From the sequence record SRR20825010_1540: a DNA stretch of 56,145 bases, one strand, 5' to 3'. A program made the translations under genes and the position numbers. The notes beneath the pieces were generated by a model. It had not been told where the DNA came from and did not search any database. It saw only the letters and a list, made by a program, of their open reading frames with translations. The number at the start of each line of letters is the position of its first letter. The stretch's first letter is position 1. Shown here piece after piece: positions 37,688 through 48,400 of the stretch.

Positions 37688-38707
37688 TTAACGCGAAGAA
37701 GCCCTTATAACCAGTTCTGGTTTAAAGACTTCCTTTCTAAATTCCAAAACGTTATTCTTGTTTTTTAAATGGCTCAATAAAATCCTGGCCGAGAGCATAC
37801 CCATACTATATACCGGTTGCCAAACGGTAGATAATGGGGGCGTCATAAAAGAAGAATGGGGTTCATCATCAAATCCTAAAACAGAGACGTCCTCCGGAAT
37901 TTTCAGACCCATTTTTTTGGCAATATGAATAGCAGAAATGGCGATTTTATCATTGTAGGCAAAAATGGCGTCCGGACAAATCTGGAGATCCAATAATTTT
38001 TTAGTGGCCTTTACAGCGTCTTTATGTGCAAACCCCGGAATATGAACAATATAATCACTATTTATGGGAACCTTATTTTTTTCAAGAGCATCCAAATATC
38101 CCTGTAGCCTTTGTTCTGTAGTACTAAGGTTTAAAGGCCCCCCAAGGTGCGCTATGTTTTTACAGCCCGTACCTATGAGGTACTCTACAGCCTGGAACGC
38201 CCCAAAATAATCATCTACCAACACTTTATCCGCCTCAAGCCCTGGACAGTCCCTATCAAAAACCACTACGGGTATACCACTCTTTTGAAGCCTACGGAAA
38301 TGATCAAAATCCTTGGTCTCGGATGAAGGTGCTACCAAGACCCCATCTATCTGGATCTTGGACAACCTCTTTACAATGGTCAACTCTTCCTCGTAGGATT
38401 CGTTGGACAAACAAATCATAATGTTGTATTCGGAATCAACTATTACATCCTGTATACCTGTGATTATTGCCGAAAAAAAGTGGCCCGTAATTTCTGGCAC
38501 GATCACCCCAATGGTATTGGACTTTTTCTGCAACAGGTTCAACGCTAAAAGATTGGGCTGATAATCCAATGCCTCCGCCAGCGCCTTTACAGCATCCTTG
38601 GTTTCTTTTTTTATAGCTGGATGATCGTTCAATGCCCTGGACACGGTTGAGGGGGCTATTTTGAGCTCTCGTGCTATGTCCTTAATGGTAACGCGCCCTT
38701 TCTTCAT
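37688..38707 (-). CDS. LacI family transcriptional regulator
   Basis: VTIKDIARELKIAPSTVSRALN HTH, YQPN hinge, IPEDVSVLGFDD, PPLSTV. Confidence 0.95.
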   Translation of the reverse strand: MKKGRVTIKDIARELKIAPSTVSRALNDHPAIKKETKDAVKALAEALDYQPNLLALNLLQKKSNTIGVIVPEITGHFFSAIITGIQDVIVDSEYNIMICLSNESYEEELTIVKRLSKIQIDGVLVAPSSETKDFDHFRRLQKSGIPVVVFDRDCPGLEADKVLVDDYFGAFQAVEYLIGTGCKNIAHLGGPLNLSTTEQRLQGYLDALEKNKVPINSDYIVHIPGFAHKDAVKATKKLLDLQICPDAIFAYNDKIAISAIHIAKKMGLKIPEDVSVLGFDDEPHSSFMTPPLSTVWQPVYSMGMLSARILLSHLKNKNNVLEFRKEVFKPELVIRASSR

Positions 38708-38945
38708 AATAAGTCACTTTTTACAATCCTTACTTCCCTTATCATATTCATATTGATTATAAAATGCAGCCCTGTGGGCTCCAACCTACTCTAATTACAA
38801 TAATAAGTACAAATTATGGAATTGAACATTAAAGACAAAGTACAACAAAATTTCTATATGGAAATAGGTAAAATGTACTCGACAAAAAAATCAGATATGA
38901 AATATAGCAACATTGATGATTAAGCCAATATCAACCCATAAAAGA

Positions 38946-38975
38946 TTAGGGCAGACAATATATTGTCTGCCCTAA
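38946..38975 (-). terminator. Perfect 30-bp palindrome, probable terminator after susD
   Basis: TTAGGGCAGACAATA|TATTGTCTGCCCTAA, 26 nt past the susD stop, followed by TCTTTT on the minus strand. Confidence 0.75.
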
Positions 38976-39001
38976 ATTAAAATTTAATCTATTATATTTT
39001 T

Positions 39002-40744
39002 CTAATAACCTGGGTTCTGTTGAAGAAAACCGTCAATACCTGAAGCTGCATCCACTGCACTCTGTGGTATAGGAAATACCCTTTTGTTTACATCGGAATC
39101 TGTCTTTTCAGTCCAGGAATCCTCGTATTTGCCAAATCGTATTTGATCCCCGCGTCTAAAGCCTTCCCAGTACAATTCAAAACCTCGCTCACGAAACATT
39201 ATATCCAAATCAATGGATGTCAAAGAGGCCGGAGTCTGATCTGGGCGCGATGTTCTTGAGGACCGCACAAAGTTCACATCGGTTAAGGCCCCTGAAGCAT
39301 CATTCTTTCTCAATTTTGCTTCTGCCCGCATTAGATATATTTCAGCCAATCTCATCATTACAAGATCTATACTACTAAAATTATTGGCATTTGGAGAAGT
39401 ACGGCTAAATTGATACTTGGAGACACGATATCCTGTATTGTGCAACGACCCTTCATTGGTGAAGTTTATTTCTTCGGTATGATTTACATATCCCACATCC
39501 CTATCAGGACCATTTCCTTTAATTTGTTTAACGGGATATATCCTTACCCCATCATCACATGTATAAAACGAACCCCCGGAATCCTTTCTGGGACCCCATT
39601 GTACACCACGTAAGATACCTCTGTTCATTTCGTAGGTAGCAACATCCGCACAATAATAATGATCTTCATCATTCAAAGGGGAGAGCCCAGTTAAATCCAT
39701 CAACTCTGCAGGAATCTGCTGGTTTTGCTGATAGAATCTGGCATCTGCATCTGCAGGATCCACATCCTCATAGGCATCTACCCAAGTCTGATAAAAATCT
39801 GAAGTTATAGCTGGACCATCTGTACCATCAGAACTGGGATATTCCAATCTTCCCCATACGGATCCTGCAATAGACCAATAAGACCAACGGCTTTCCTCGT
39901 TTCTCAAAACCCCACGTTGATCCAAGGCAAATATGATCTCGGAGTTACTATTGTTATCGTCATTGAAAAGATCAAAATATTCTGGCGATAGTGAAAAGTC
40001 TCCTGAATTGATAATGTTATTTGTGTACTCTATAACCTTATCCATATCCGCATCCGTAAAATTTGGTGTGCCATATGGGTCCCTATATACAGCTGCATTT
40101 AGGTGCAACCTTGCCAAAAAGCCCCAAACTGCGGCCTGGGTCATCCTTCCCGGTCCTTTATCTGTGTTAATAACGTCTACCACGGACAACAATTCATTTT
40201 GTATATAATCTATGGCGTCCTGGGTCCTTAACACTTCTGAAAGTTGATTGGAGGCTTCCTTTTTTAATACCATTCCCCAACTATCCAGCATCAACAAATT
40301 TAGGTAGGCCCTAAGTGCCTTCATTTCATACAAGGCTCCCGCCGCTTCCGCATTGCCTTCATCTGCCAATGGAGTCAACACCTCAATGGCCGCCAATGTT
40401 CTTGAAATATTGGTAGTAAGTTCGTTCCAGCTACTGGAAATCAAATCATTACTCGGGGTGTAGGTGTGCGAATGTGTGGCTAAAAATTTACCCCCATCAA
40501 ACCAGTCGGTTCCTCCCCTGTAAGGAAGAATGGCCTCATCCGAGGCAATCAGCTGAAGTCCATAGTAATTGGTATGCCTCCAGGTCCATGAAACGTAGCC
40601 GTAGGCAGGTGCAATTGCTCCGCTAATCACTTCGGCCTGGGCACCCGTTAGGGTTTCATCGAATAATTCCTCTTTTAGGTCCGTACAGTTCCAGTTCAAC
40701 AAGGAACAATACACCAATATTGTAATTATGAGTTTATTTTTCAT
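39002..40744 (-). CDS. susD: SusD/RagB family lipoprotein
   Basis: N-terminal Cys lipoprotein signal (NWNC), ASDEAILPYRGGTDW, MRLAEIYLMRAEA, ERGFELYWEG.RR.DQIRFG, QQNPGY; ATG at 40744 (ORF opens at 40753). Confidence 0.92.
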   Translation of the reverse strand: MKNKLIITILVYCSLLNWNCTDLKEELFDETLTGAQAEVISGAIAPAYGYVSWTWRHTNYYGLQLIASDEAILPYRGGTDWFDGGKFLATHSHTYTPSNDLISSSWNELTTNISRTLAAIEVLTPLADEGNAEAAGALYEMKALRAYLNLLMLDSWGMVLKKEASNQLSEVLRTQDAIDYIQNELLSVVDVINTDKGPGRMTQAAVWGFLARLHLNAAVYRDPYGTPNFTDADMDKVIEYTNNIINSGDFSLSPEYFDLFNDDNNSNSEIIFALDQRGVLRNEESRWSYWSIAGSVWGRLEYPSSDGTDGPAITSDFYQTWVDAYEDVDPADADARFYQQNQQIPAELMDLTGLSPLNDEDHYYCADVATYEMNRGILRGVQWGPRKDSGGSFYTCDDGVRIYPVKQIKGNGPDRDVGYVNHTEEINFTNEGSLHNTGYRVSKYQFSRTSPNANNFSSIDLVMMRLAEIYLMRAEAKLRKNDASGALTDVNFVRSSRTSRPDQTPASLTSIDLDIMFRERGFELYWEGFRRGDQIRFGKYEDSWTEKTDSDVNKRVFPIPQSAVDAASGIDGFLQQNPGY

Positions 40745-40761
40745 TACTAGCATTTTTTTTA

Positions 40762-43734
40762 TTAGAATGATACGTTTAAGCCAAAAAGCAATGTTCTTGG
40801 AGAAGGATATGTAAACCGGTCTATCCCAAAAGTTTGAATCCCGTCTATGGTGCTTCCCGTGTTGATCTCCGGATCAAACCCGGAATAATCTGTAACCACA
40901 AATAAGTTCTGGCCTGTTAGAGTAAATCTGACATTACTTATCAAATCTCCTAAACCAAGATTTTGAGGTTTTAGGTTATACCCTAGGGTAGCATTGTTTA
41001 AGCGAAGGAAACTACCATCCTCTAAATAGCGGGTAGACACTTCATTGGAGTTGCTGTTGTCCTCGTTCGGAAATTCTACTGCAAAATCTGTCGTATTCAG
41101 GTTTCTGCTCAACTGTCCTTTTGAAAATAGGGACATAGCCGTATGGTTAAAGATTTTATTCCCAGAAACTCCATTAAAGTTAAGACCTAAATCAAAATCT
41201 TTATAATTGAATTTAAAATAAAACGCATATATGATATCCGGCAGGGCACTTCCGACAACGACACGGTCATTATCCAAAATTTCACCGTCACCATTGACGT
41301 CCCTAAATTGATTACGGCCATCAGCACCTATACCGATAAATTCCTTCATATAGAATGCACCTACAGGTTCGTTGTTCAGATACCCATTAATAGTGGCACC
41401 AGTTTGCCCGGCACCTTGGGCCGCACCAGTAGTAATCACCTCAAATTGGGAGTTTTCAACTGTATTTTCAGTAAAACTCATATTACCTCCCAAATTAAAC
41501 ATGAAGTCCTCCGAGAGCATTATTCTATAATCCAGGGCCACTTCAACACCCGAATTTATAATTTCCATATCCGGAATATTGGTCCAGATTTTTGAAGTGG
41601 GCTGAATGGGATCTATCCTATTGGCAAGTAGTACCACATCACTGGTAACTTTGTGAAAATAGTCCAAGGTACCCGTCAATTTACTATTGAAGAGACCAAA
41701 ATCCAATCCAATATTGGTCTGTGTGGAAACTTCCCATTTAAGATCAGGATTTGCCGTTCGTGCAGGAACAGTACCAAATGGATAATCATCTATAGTACTT
41801 GCATTTGGATCAAGAGGATAAGTATCATTGTCCGCCTTACTGTCTATATAACTTGCCAAACTTACTTTATTATCTATCCCTTCCTGGTTACCTGTTTGTC
41901 CCCAACTAGCACGAAGTTTTAGATTATTGATAACGTCGCTATCGGCCAATATGTCTTCCTTACTAATATTCCAGCCCAATGCTACGGATGGAAAATATCC
42001 ATATTTGTTGTTGGCGCCAAATTTTGAAGAACCATCGGCACGCATGGTGGCTGTAAGCAGATATTTGTCCGCATAGCCATAATTAAGCCTACCAAAGAAA
42101 GATTGAAGTTCATTCTTAAATGCATAACTGTTCAGGCTCGTAGGATTCTCTTGGCTACTGATCTGATCCTGAAATTTAGGATCAATATCATTGGTTGCGA
42201 AGCCCCTAAGATCGAAATGTTTTTGCTGAACATATATTTCCTGGTAGGAATGTCCCGCTAACAAGGTAAAATTATGAACGCCCTCATTATAGGTATAGGT
42301 CAATGTATTCTCTACCAAGGAATTCCTATTATTGGTGTAGTAAGAACCAAGTGTACCTTCTACCAAGCTTTCCAGTATAGGATACGGATTTGTCTGTACA
42401 TCCCTATCCGTTGCCGAATAATCTACCCCAAGATTGGCCCTATAGGTCAACCCTTTAAAAATTTCTAAAGAAGGGGCAATATTTGCCAAGATACGGTTGC
42501 TGTTGGAAACATCACTATAAATTTGGTTACGGACCGCGGGATTCAATCTATCATCGAACAAAGTGGGTTCCCCGTTGGTATAAAGTGGAATTGTAGGGTT
42601 CAATTGCAGCATATCCACTGTCATGTCACCAATATTAGGCCTATCATTTACTGTTCTTGAAGCTGTCAGATTCAAATCAACATTAAAACGTCCGTCCAAT
42701 GCTTTCTGGGTCAAATTTACCCTTCCTGAATATCTTTTTAAGGAACTGGTATTAAAAATCCCTTTTTGATCATCGACCCCAGTGGATACGTAATAGGAAA
42801 ATTTATCTGCGGCCCCGCCACTCATAGCAAAGTTAACATTCTTGGAAATGGCCGTTCTAGTCAGTTCATCTTGCCAATCCGTATTAGCACCTCCATCCAA
42901 TAAAACACCTCCTACAGCAGGAACCTGTTGCCTAAATTCATCGGCGCTAAAGACATCCATTTTATTGGCCAAAGTGGCCATTGCAGTAGAAATGGATAAA
43001 TTCATTTCAGATTTGCCGTCCCTTCCTTTTTTGGTAGTGATAACAATAACCCCATTGGCGGCGCGCGCTCCATAAATGGCTGCTGCGGAAGCATCCTTCA
43101 ACACATCCATCGAGGCTATATCCTGAGGATTGATAAAATTTAAGGGATTGGAAGCAACCCCAGTACCACTATTGTCTATAACAAAACCATCAATGACAAA
43201 TAGCGGTGTAGTTCCTGATCGGAGACTCCCCAATCCACGAATAATAATGTTTTGGGATGCACCTGGCTCCCCACTTACCGAAGTTACATTGACACCCGAC
43301 ACTTTACCTTGCAAAAGCTGACCGGGATTGGCCACTACTCCCTTATTAAAATCTTCACTTTTAACGGAAGCGATAGATCCGGTTACATCAGATTTCTTTT
43401 GAACGCCGTAACCTACTACTACCACCTCGTCCAATAATGACGAGTCTTCCTGCAAGACAGCACTCACATTAGTTTGACCGTTGAGCGGATACTCCTTGGT
43501 AGCATAGCCTAAAAAGGATATCGCGAGAATCGCGCTTTCATCCGATACTTGTATGGTGAAATTACCATCAAAATCGGTCGTAGTTCCATTGGAAGTTCCT
43601 TTTTCCAGCACGGTTGCACCTGGCAAGGGAACATTCTGTTCATCGGACACCGTACCGGTAACAGTGGTCTGTGCCCATGATGTCATGGATGTGCCTATCA
43701 CAAAGACAAACATCAAAAATTTCAGTTTCTTCAT
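40762..43734 (-). CDS. susC: SusC/RagA TonB-dependent transporter
   Basis: VVVGYGVQKKSDVTGS, LKDASAAAIYGARAANGV, RADGSSKF, NPDLKWE, YSGFDPE, terminal Phe. Confidence 0.95.
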   Translation of the reverse strand: MKKLKFLMFVFVIGTSMTSWAQTTVTGTVSDEQNVPLPGATVLEKGTSNGTTTDFDGNFTIQVSDESAILAISFLGYATKEYPLNGQTNVSAVLQEDSSLLDEVVVVGYGVQKKSDVTGSIASVKSEDFNKGVVANPGQLLQGKVSGVNVTSVSGEPGASQNIIIRGLGSLRSGTTPLFVIDGFVIDNSGTGVASNPLNFINPQDIASMDVLKDASAAAIYGARAANGVIVITTKKGRDGKSEMNLSISTAMATLANKMDVFSADEFRQQVPAVGGVLLDGGANTDWQDELTRTAISKNVNFAMSGGAADKFSYYVSTGVDDQKGIFNTSSLKRYSGRVNLTQKALDGRFNVDLNLTASRTVNDRPNIGDMTVDMLQLNPTIPLYTNGEPTLFDDRLNPAVRNQIYSDVSNSNRILANIAPSLEIFKGLTYRANLGVDYSATDRDVQTNPYPILESLVEGTLGSYYTNNRNSLVENTLTYTYNEGVHNFTLLAGHSYQEIYVQQKHFDLRGFATNDIDPKFQDQISSQENPTSLNSYAFKNELQSFFGRLNYGYADKYLLTATMRADGSSKFGANNKYGYFPSVALGWNISKEDILADSDVINNLKLRASWGQTGNQEGIDNKVSLASYIDSKADNDTYPLDPNASTIDDYPFGTVPARTANPDLKWEVSTQTNIGLDFGLFNSKLTGTLDYFHKVTSDVVLLANRIDPIQPTSKIWTNIPDMEIINSGVEVALDYRIMLSEDFMFNLGGNMSFTENTVENSQFEVITTGAAQGAGQTGATINGYLNNEPVGAFYMKEFIGIGADGRNQFRDVNGDGEILDNDRVVVGSALPDIIYAFYFKFNYKDFDLGLNFNGVSGNKIFNHTAMSLFSKGQLSRNLNTTDFAVEFPNEDNSNSNEVSTRYLEDGSFLRLNNATLGYNLKPQNLGLGDLISNVRFTLTGQNLFVVTDYSGFDPEINTGSTIDGIQTFGIDRFTYPSPRTLLFGLNVSF

Positions 43735-43816
43735 ATTTTTATAGTTTAAATTAGTTTTGTCATAACCAATTTAACACATAATTAACGATTTCGGAATTTT
43801 CAGGACTTTAAAAACT

Positions 43817-43832
43817 ATGCAAAGGTTTGCAT
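43817..43832. promoter_or_regulatory. Putative LacI-family operator upstream of susC
   Basis: ATGCAAAGGTTTGCAT, identical to 26779-26794; abuts a candidate minus-strand promoter TTTG(43866-43863)-N20-TACTTTCG(43842-43835). Confidence 0.75.
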
Positions 43833-44536
43833 TTCGAAAGTAAAGCCGAAATTTCTTACAAACAAATATGCCTTAGTCAAAATTCAGTTTTCCTAGTTTA
43901 ATACAGCCCACTATGAAGCCATATTAATAAGTATTAAGTAAACCCAAAACTATGGCTATTAATAAAGATCATACTACTTACTTCGTCTAGGAAAAAAATA
44001 TAAGACCCCATTGTCAAAGACCCATAACTACGCTACCGATTAATAAATGCTTGGTTATTCACGGCAAAACTATATAAATGCACGTACGAAAATGAAGCGG
44101 TTTTATGATTTTACCTTGGCTTTACAGTTTAATAACAGGGACTTGGTTTTATTGCACCTACATTACTTAAGAGCAACATATATAGGTATAGGAAAGATTG
44201 AATTTACACTAGAGAAGGAGGAAAAAATTTTAAATTTTTACCACTATTTAATTCATTCTATGGTATTTACAGTGATGTTTACTAAAGAAAAACATTGATT
44301 GCAATTTACATGAGGCAACTGTTGATCACTTTTGTATTCCGGTAACCCAAACTTAACATTAAAGTATCCCTACCTAGTTATTATGATAAGTTTTAAAGTG
44401 TCCAGAGTAAATTTAGGTCGAGCATTTAAGGAATAATACCATGTAGTTTACGGACCAAAAAATGACTTTGATGAATAACCGACAAGTTTTCTGAAAGAAA
44501 ATATAATCCATTTGAGCCTTCTATAAAGATAAGCCT

Positions 44537-45037
44537 TTAAAAATCGAAAGTATAGAGCACCCCTACGTTAATAGTGGACCATGTAGCACCATCCAAGGCA
44601 ATACCGGTATAGGATAAATTGACTTCAGTTTGGGCACCCATCAAATAAGCAATTGTGGGCCTATAGTACAATCCACCGTCATTGCCATCGTTTATTCCTA
44701 TAGCCTGACCAACATCGCCCCCAATGGAGAACGAATTGGATGTCCAAAATCTAACAGATGCGGCGAGTGGCACAAATTGAATGTTGGGCAAATCCTCGGC
44801 AAAGAGCTCTCTATCATATTTTTCCGGAAATCCATTTACAAAACCTACCATAACCCCAAGGTCTATAATTTCACTTAATCCCCATCTATATCCCAGATCC
44901 ACTCCGGCAACAAGGCTAAGCTCATCTTGAAATTCATCCAAGGGCAGCCCCCCGTGAATTCCCAATTTCAACCCCTTTTGGGCAAACAATCCCATTCCTA
45001 TAAGTGCAAAAACAAGGGTTACAAGTACTTTTTTCAT
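44537..45037 (-). CDS. Small outer-membrane beta-barrel protein (hypothetical)
   Basis: Signal peptide, alternating amphipathic strands, GGLYYRP, C-terminal aromatic YTFDF. Confidence 0.7.
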   Translation of the reverse strand: MKKVLVTLVFALIGMGLFAQKGLKLGIHGGLPLDEFQDELSLVAGVDLGYRWGLSEIIDLGVMVGFVNGFPEKYDRELFAEDLPNIQFVPLAASVRFWTSNSFSIGGDVGQAIGINDGNDGGLYYRPTIAYLMGAQTEVNLSYTGIALDGATWSTINVGVLYTFDF

Positions 45038-45452
45038 AAATGTTGGTTTTTATTTTGGTTTGGCATAAATCTAGAATCTTCTTTATTCTAGACCATATTT
45101 TTGTTGTAAAACCTACAAAAAAGGTTGTGGGAATGCTCATTATCCTACCCCGCAGTATGCCAAGGTTTAGAATCTGCGTATACTCAATACCCCCCCGACA
45201 CCTATAAATTACAATTATCATGCTCTCCCAATACCCAGCCAACTCAACCTTGGCAAAACAAGGACCTCTATTACATAAACATCATTATATATTATTTATG
45301 CCTAAACATTACATTTTAAAATATTATAGCATAAAAATCATTTTTATGTGTTAAAATTGTAATTTTTACATGCCTTATGTATAACATAATAATATATAAT
45401 TTATATATTGCCCAAAATCTAACAGATATGATAACTCAAACACATCCTTTTT

Positions 45453-48400
45453 ATGAAGCATCTTAAAAAACCATGGACAGGAAATGGACCTACTACCAAG
45501 TCCGTTCAAAACAAAAAAACAACCCAGTCCCCTTCTTTGGTATTCACTTTTATTCTTTTACTGACCTTTGGCTTAACCTTTGCCCAGCAAAAAGAAATAA
45601 CAGGAACCATATCCGATGGAAGCGGACAACCGCTACCCGGAGCCAATGTCTTGGTCAAGGGGACCTCAACAGGGACCCAAAGTGATTTTGATGGCAACTA
45701 CATCATTATGGCGAGTACAGGCGATGTTCTAATATTCAGCTATTTAGGATTCACATCACAATCTATTACCGTAGGCGATCAATCCACAATAAATGCAGTC
45801 CTACAAGAAGACGCTGCACTCCTGGACGAAGTGGTCGTTACCGGCTACGGATCCCAAACCAGGGCCACCTTGACCACCTCGGTCTCAAAACTGGACACCC
45901 AAATCCTAGAAAGCTCCACTAGGTCCAACGCAGCAACAGCCTTGCAAGGTACCATTGCCGGATTAAGGGTAACCAACACCACTGGGCAACCCGGAGCTAC
46001 CCCGCAAATAGTTTTGCGCGGAGGTACCAACTTTGACGGTACAGGATCACCATTAATTTTGATAGATGGGATACCAGGCAGCTTTTATGCTCTAAACTCC
46101 GATGATATCGAATCTATCGAAGTCCTGAAAGATGCGGCGGCTACAGCCATATACGGGGCCAGATCTGCCAATGGCGTAATATTGGTGACAACCAAATCCG
46201 GTAAACCAGGAAAGTCCTCGATCAACTATAAATATAAGTACAGTATGAATGAAGAAAGAAATGACCAAAAATATATTGGTGCGGCCGACTTCATAAATTA
46301 CAACAGACAATCAATTGCTTGGTATCGCGAGGCCATTAATAACCCCGGATCCTTTGGTGCCTTTTTGGACGGGGCCAACAGTATGGGAACAGGCGGTGAT
46401 GCCATTAGCTCCCCTTTCACCACGCAATTGTTAACCGCGGACAATCAATATTTGTTGAATCAACCAGGCTGGAGCACAATCCCGGATATCCTGAATCCAA
46501 GTCAAGACATTTTGTTTTATGACAATAAGACTGTTGGCGATCGAATTTACCAAAATAGTGCCACCAAAGACCACTACCTTTCCTTTGACGGCGGAAATGA
46601 AAAAGGTTCTTATTATTTAGGCCTGGGACTTTTGGATAACGACGGTTTAATTCTGGGATCGGGTTTTAAAAGGTACTCTGGAAAGTTTACGGGATCCTAC
46701 AGAATTACGGACAACCTAAAGGTGAACTCCAATGTACTTTATTCCCATTCCAACCTAAGCTTGAGTCCATTGGGTGGCGATGACACGGTATTCAGGAGAT
46801 TTCAGAGCCAGGCCCCTACCTCCAGAACCTATGACAACAACCCTGATGGCACTTGGTCCAACATATATGCGGTAGGACAAAACCAGGGATTTGGCAATCC
46901 TTTATACTATCAGGATAAATTTGTCAGAAAAAATTTGGAACAAAGGTTATCGGCCTCAGTGGGTATCGACTGGAGCATATTGGACAACCTGATCCTATCC
47001 GTAGATGGAAGCCATTTTACCATTAACAACCACAACGAAAGCTTTAATAGAGCCTATAGAGTTGGCAGTACAACCGGTCCATTAAGAACGGGCAGGGAAG
47101 CGTCGGTAAGTCTGGATAGGACCTTGAGAAATCAGCTGACCGGTACTCTAAACTATATCAAGAGTGTAGGCAGTCATAATCTTAATGCCCTGATTGGTGC
47201 AGAATATTTCAAGGACAATTACTTTACCACCTCTGCTGGAACCAGAAATTCCCCCACAGACCTGATAGAGACCTTGAATGCAGGAGCGGAAGCCAATGGC
47301 ATACCTTCTAGCTTTGAAACTGAATATGTGCTTGCCTCTGCTTTTGGAAGGTTACTATATGATTATGACAACAAATACCTATTTGGGTTTACCTTTAGAA
47401 ATGACGGCTCCTCTAGGCTCGGGAATAACAAGAGTGACTTTTTCCCAGGCGTATCCTTGGGCTGGAACCTGCACAATGAGAATTTCTTTGCCAATTCCAA
47501 TATAGCCAATACTATATCCAGGATAAAGCCGAGATTGAGCTATGGTGTAAACGGTAATCAGGAGGTATTGAGCAATTATGGTGTTTTTGGGGCCTATGGT
47601 AGCCAAGGGGTATATAACGGACAAACCGGTTATGCCAACTCAGGATTACCTACCTTGGATCTACAATGGGAAAAGTCGACCACCCTAAATGCCGGTTTGG
47701 ACATTTCATTTTTTAAGGATAGACTTACCTTTATCACAGATGTCTACTCCAGGGATATAAAGGACAAACTCGCAAATCTTACCCTTCCCTATTACACCGG
47801 TTTTAGCAGTATTCTTACCAACAATGGAACCATTAGGAACAAAGGATTTGAACTGCAGGTCAATGGAGATATAATTCAAAACCAAAACCTTACCTGGAAT
47901 GTTGGCGCCACCATTACTTCCAATAGGAATTACGTAGAGAAACTTCCGGAAAATGCCAACGATCTATACAGACAGGACGGACAGTTGATCTGGAATGCTA
48001 AGACAGGTGAAGAAGAATGGGTAGGAGGTCTACAGGAAGGCCAGCGTGTTGGCAACGACCTTGTTATTGCCTATGAGCAGGAAGGTATCTATGCTAGTCA
48101 GGCCGAAGCCGATGCCGACAGCAACATTCAGGACGACTTCCTGCCTGGAGATAAAAACACACATTTTGCAGGAGATGTAAAATGGAAAGATCAAAACGGC
48201 GATGGAATCATCAACACCTTGGACAGAAAAGTGATAGGACGTACTACTCCAGACTTCTTGGGAGGCTTAACCACCAGTCTTAGATACAAGAACTTTAACC
48301 TGTTCGTAAAAACCGATTTTGCTACGGGACATTTGGTGTGGAACCATATCCGGAACAAAGGTTATGGACAAACACAAGGTAACTTGAACCAGCCTACCGA

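Noticed and set aside
44047-44298. 83-aa + strand ORF in the long intergenic region upstream of susC
   Set aside because: No recognisable motif or signal peptide, and AT-rich sequence; cannot be supported as a gene
44934-45319. ORFs 44934-45242 (-) and 45125-45319 (+) in the divergent promoter region
   Set aside because: They overlap each other and the beta-barrel gene or promoter DNA, with no coding signal
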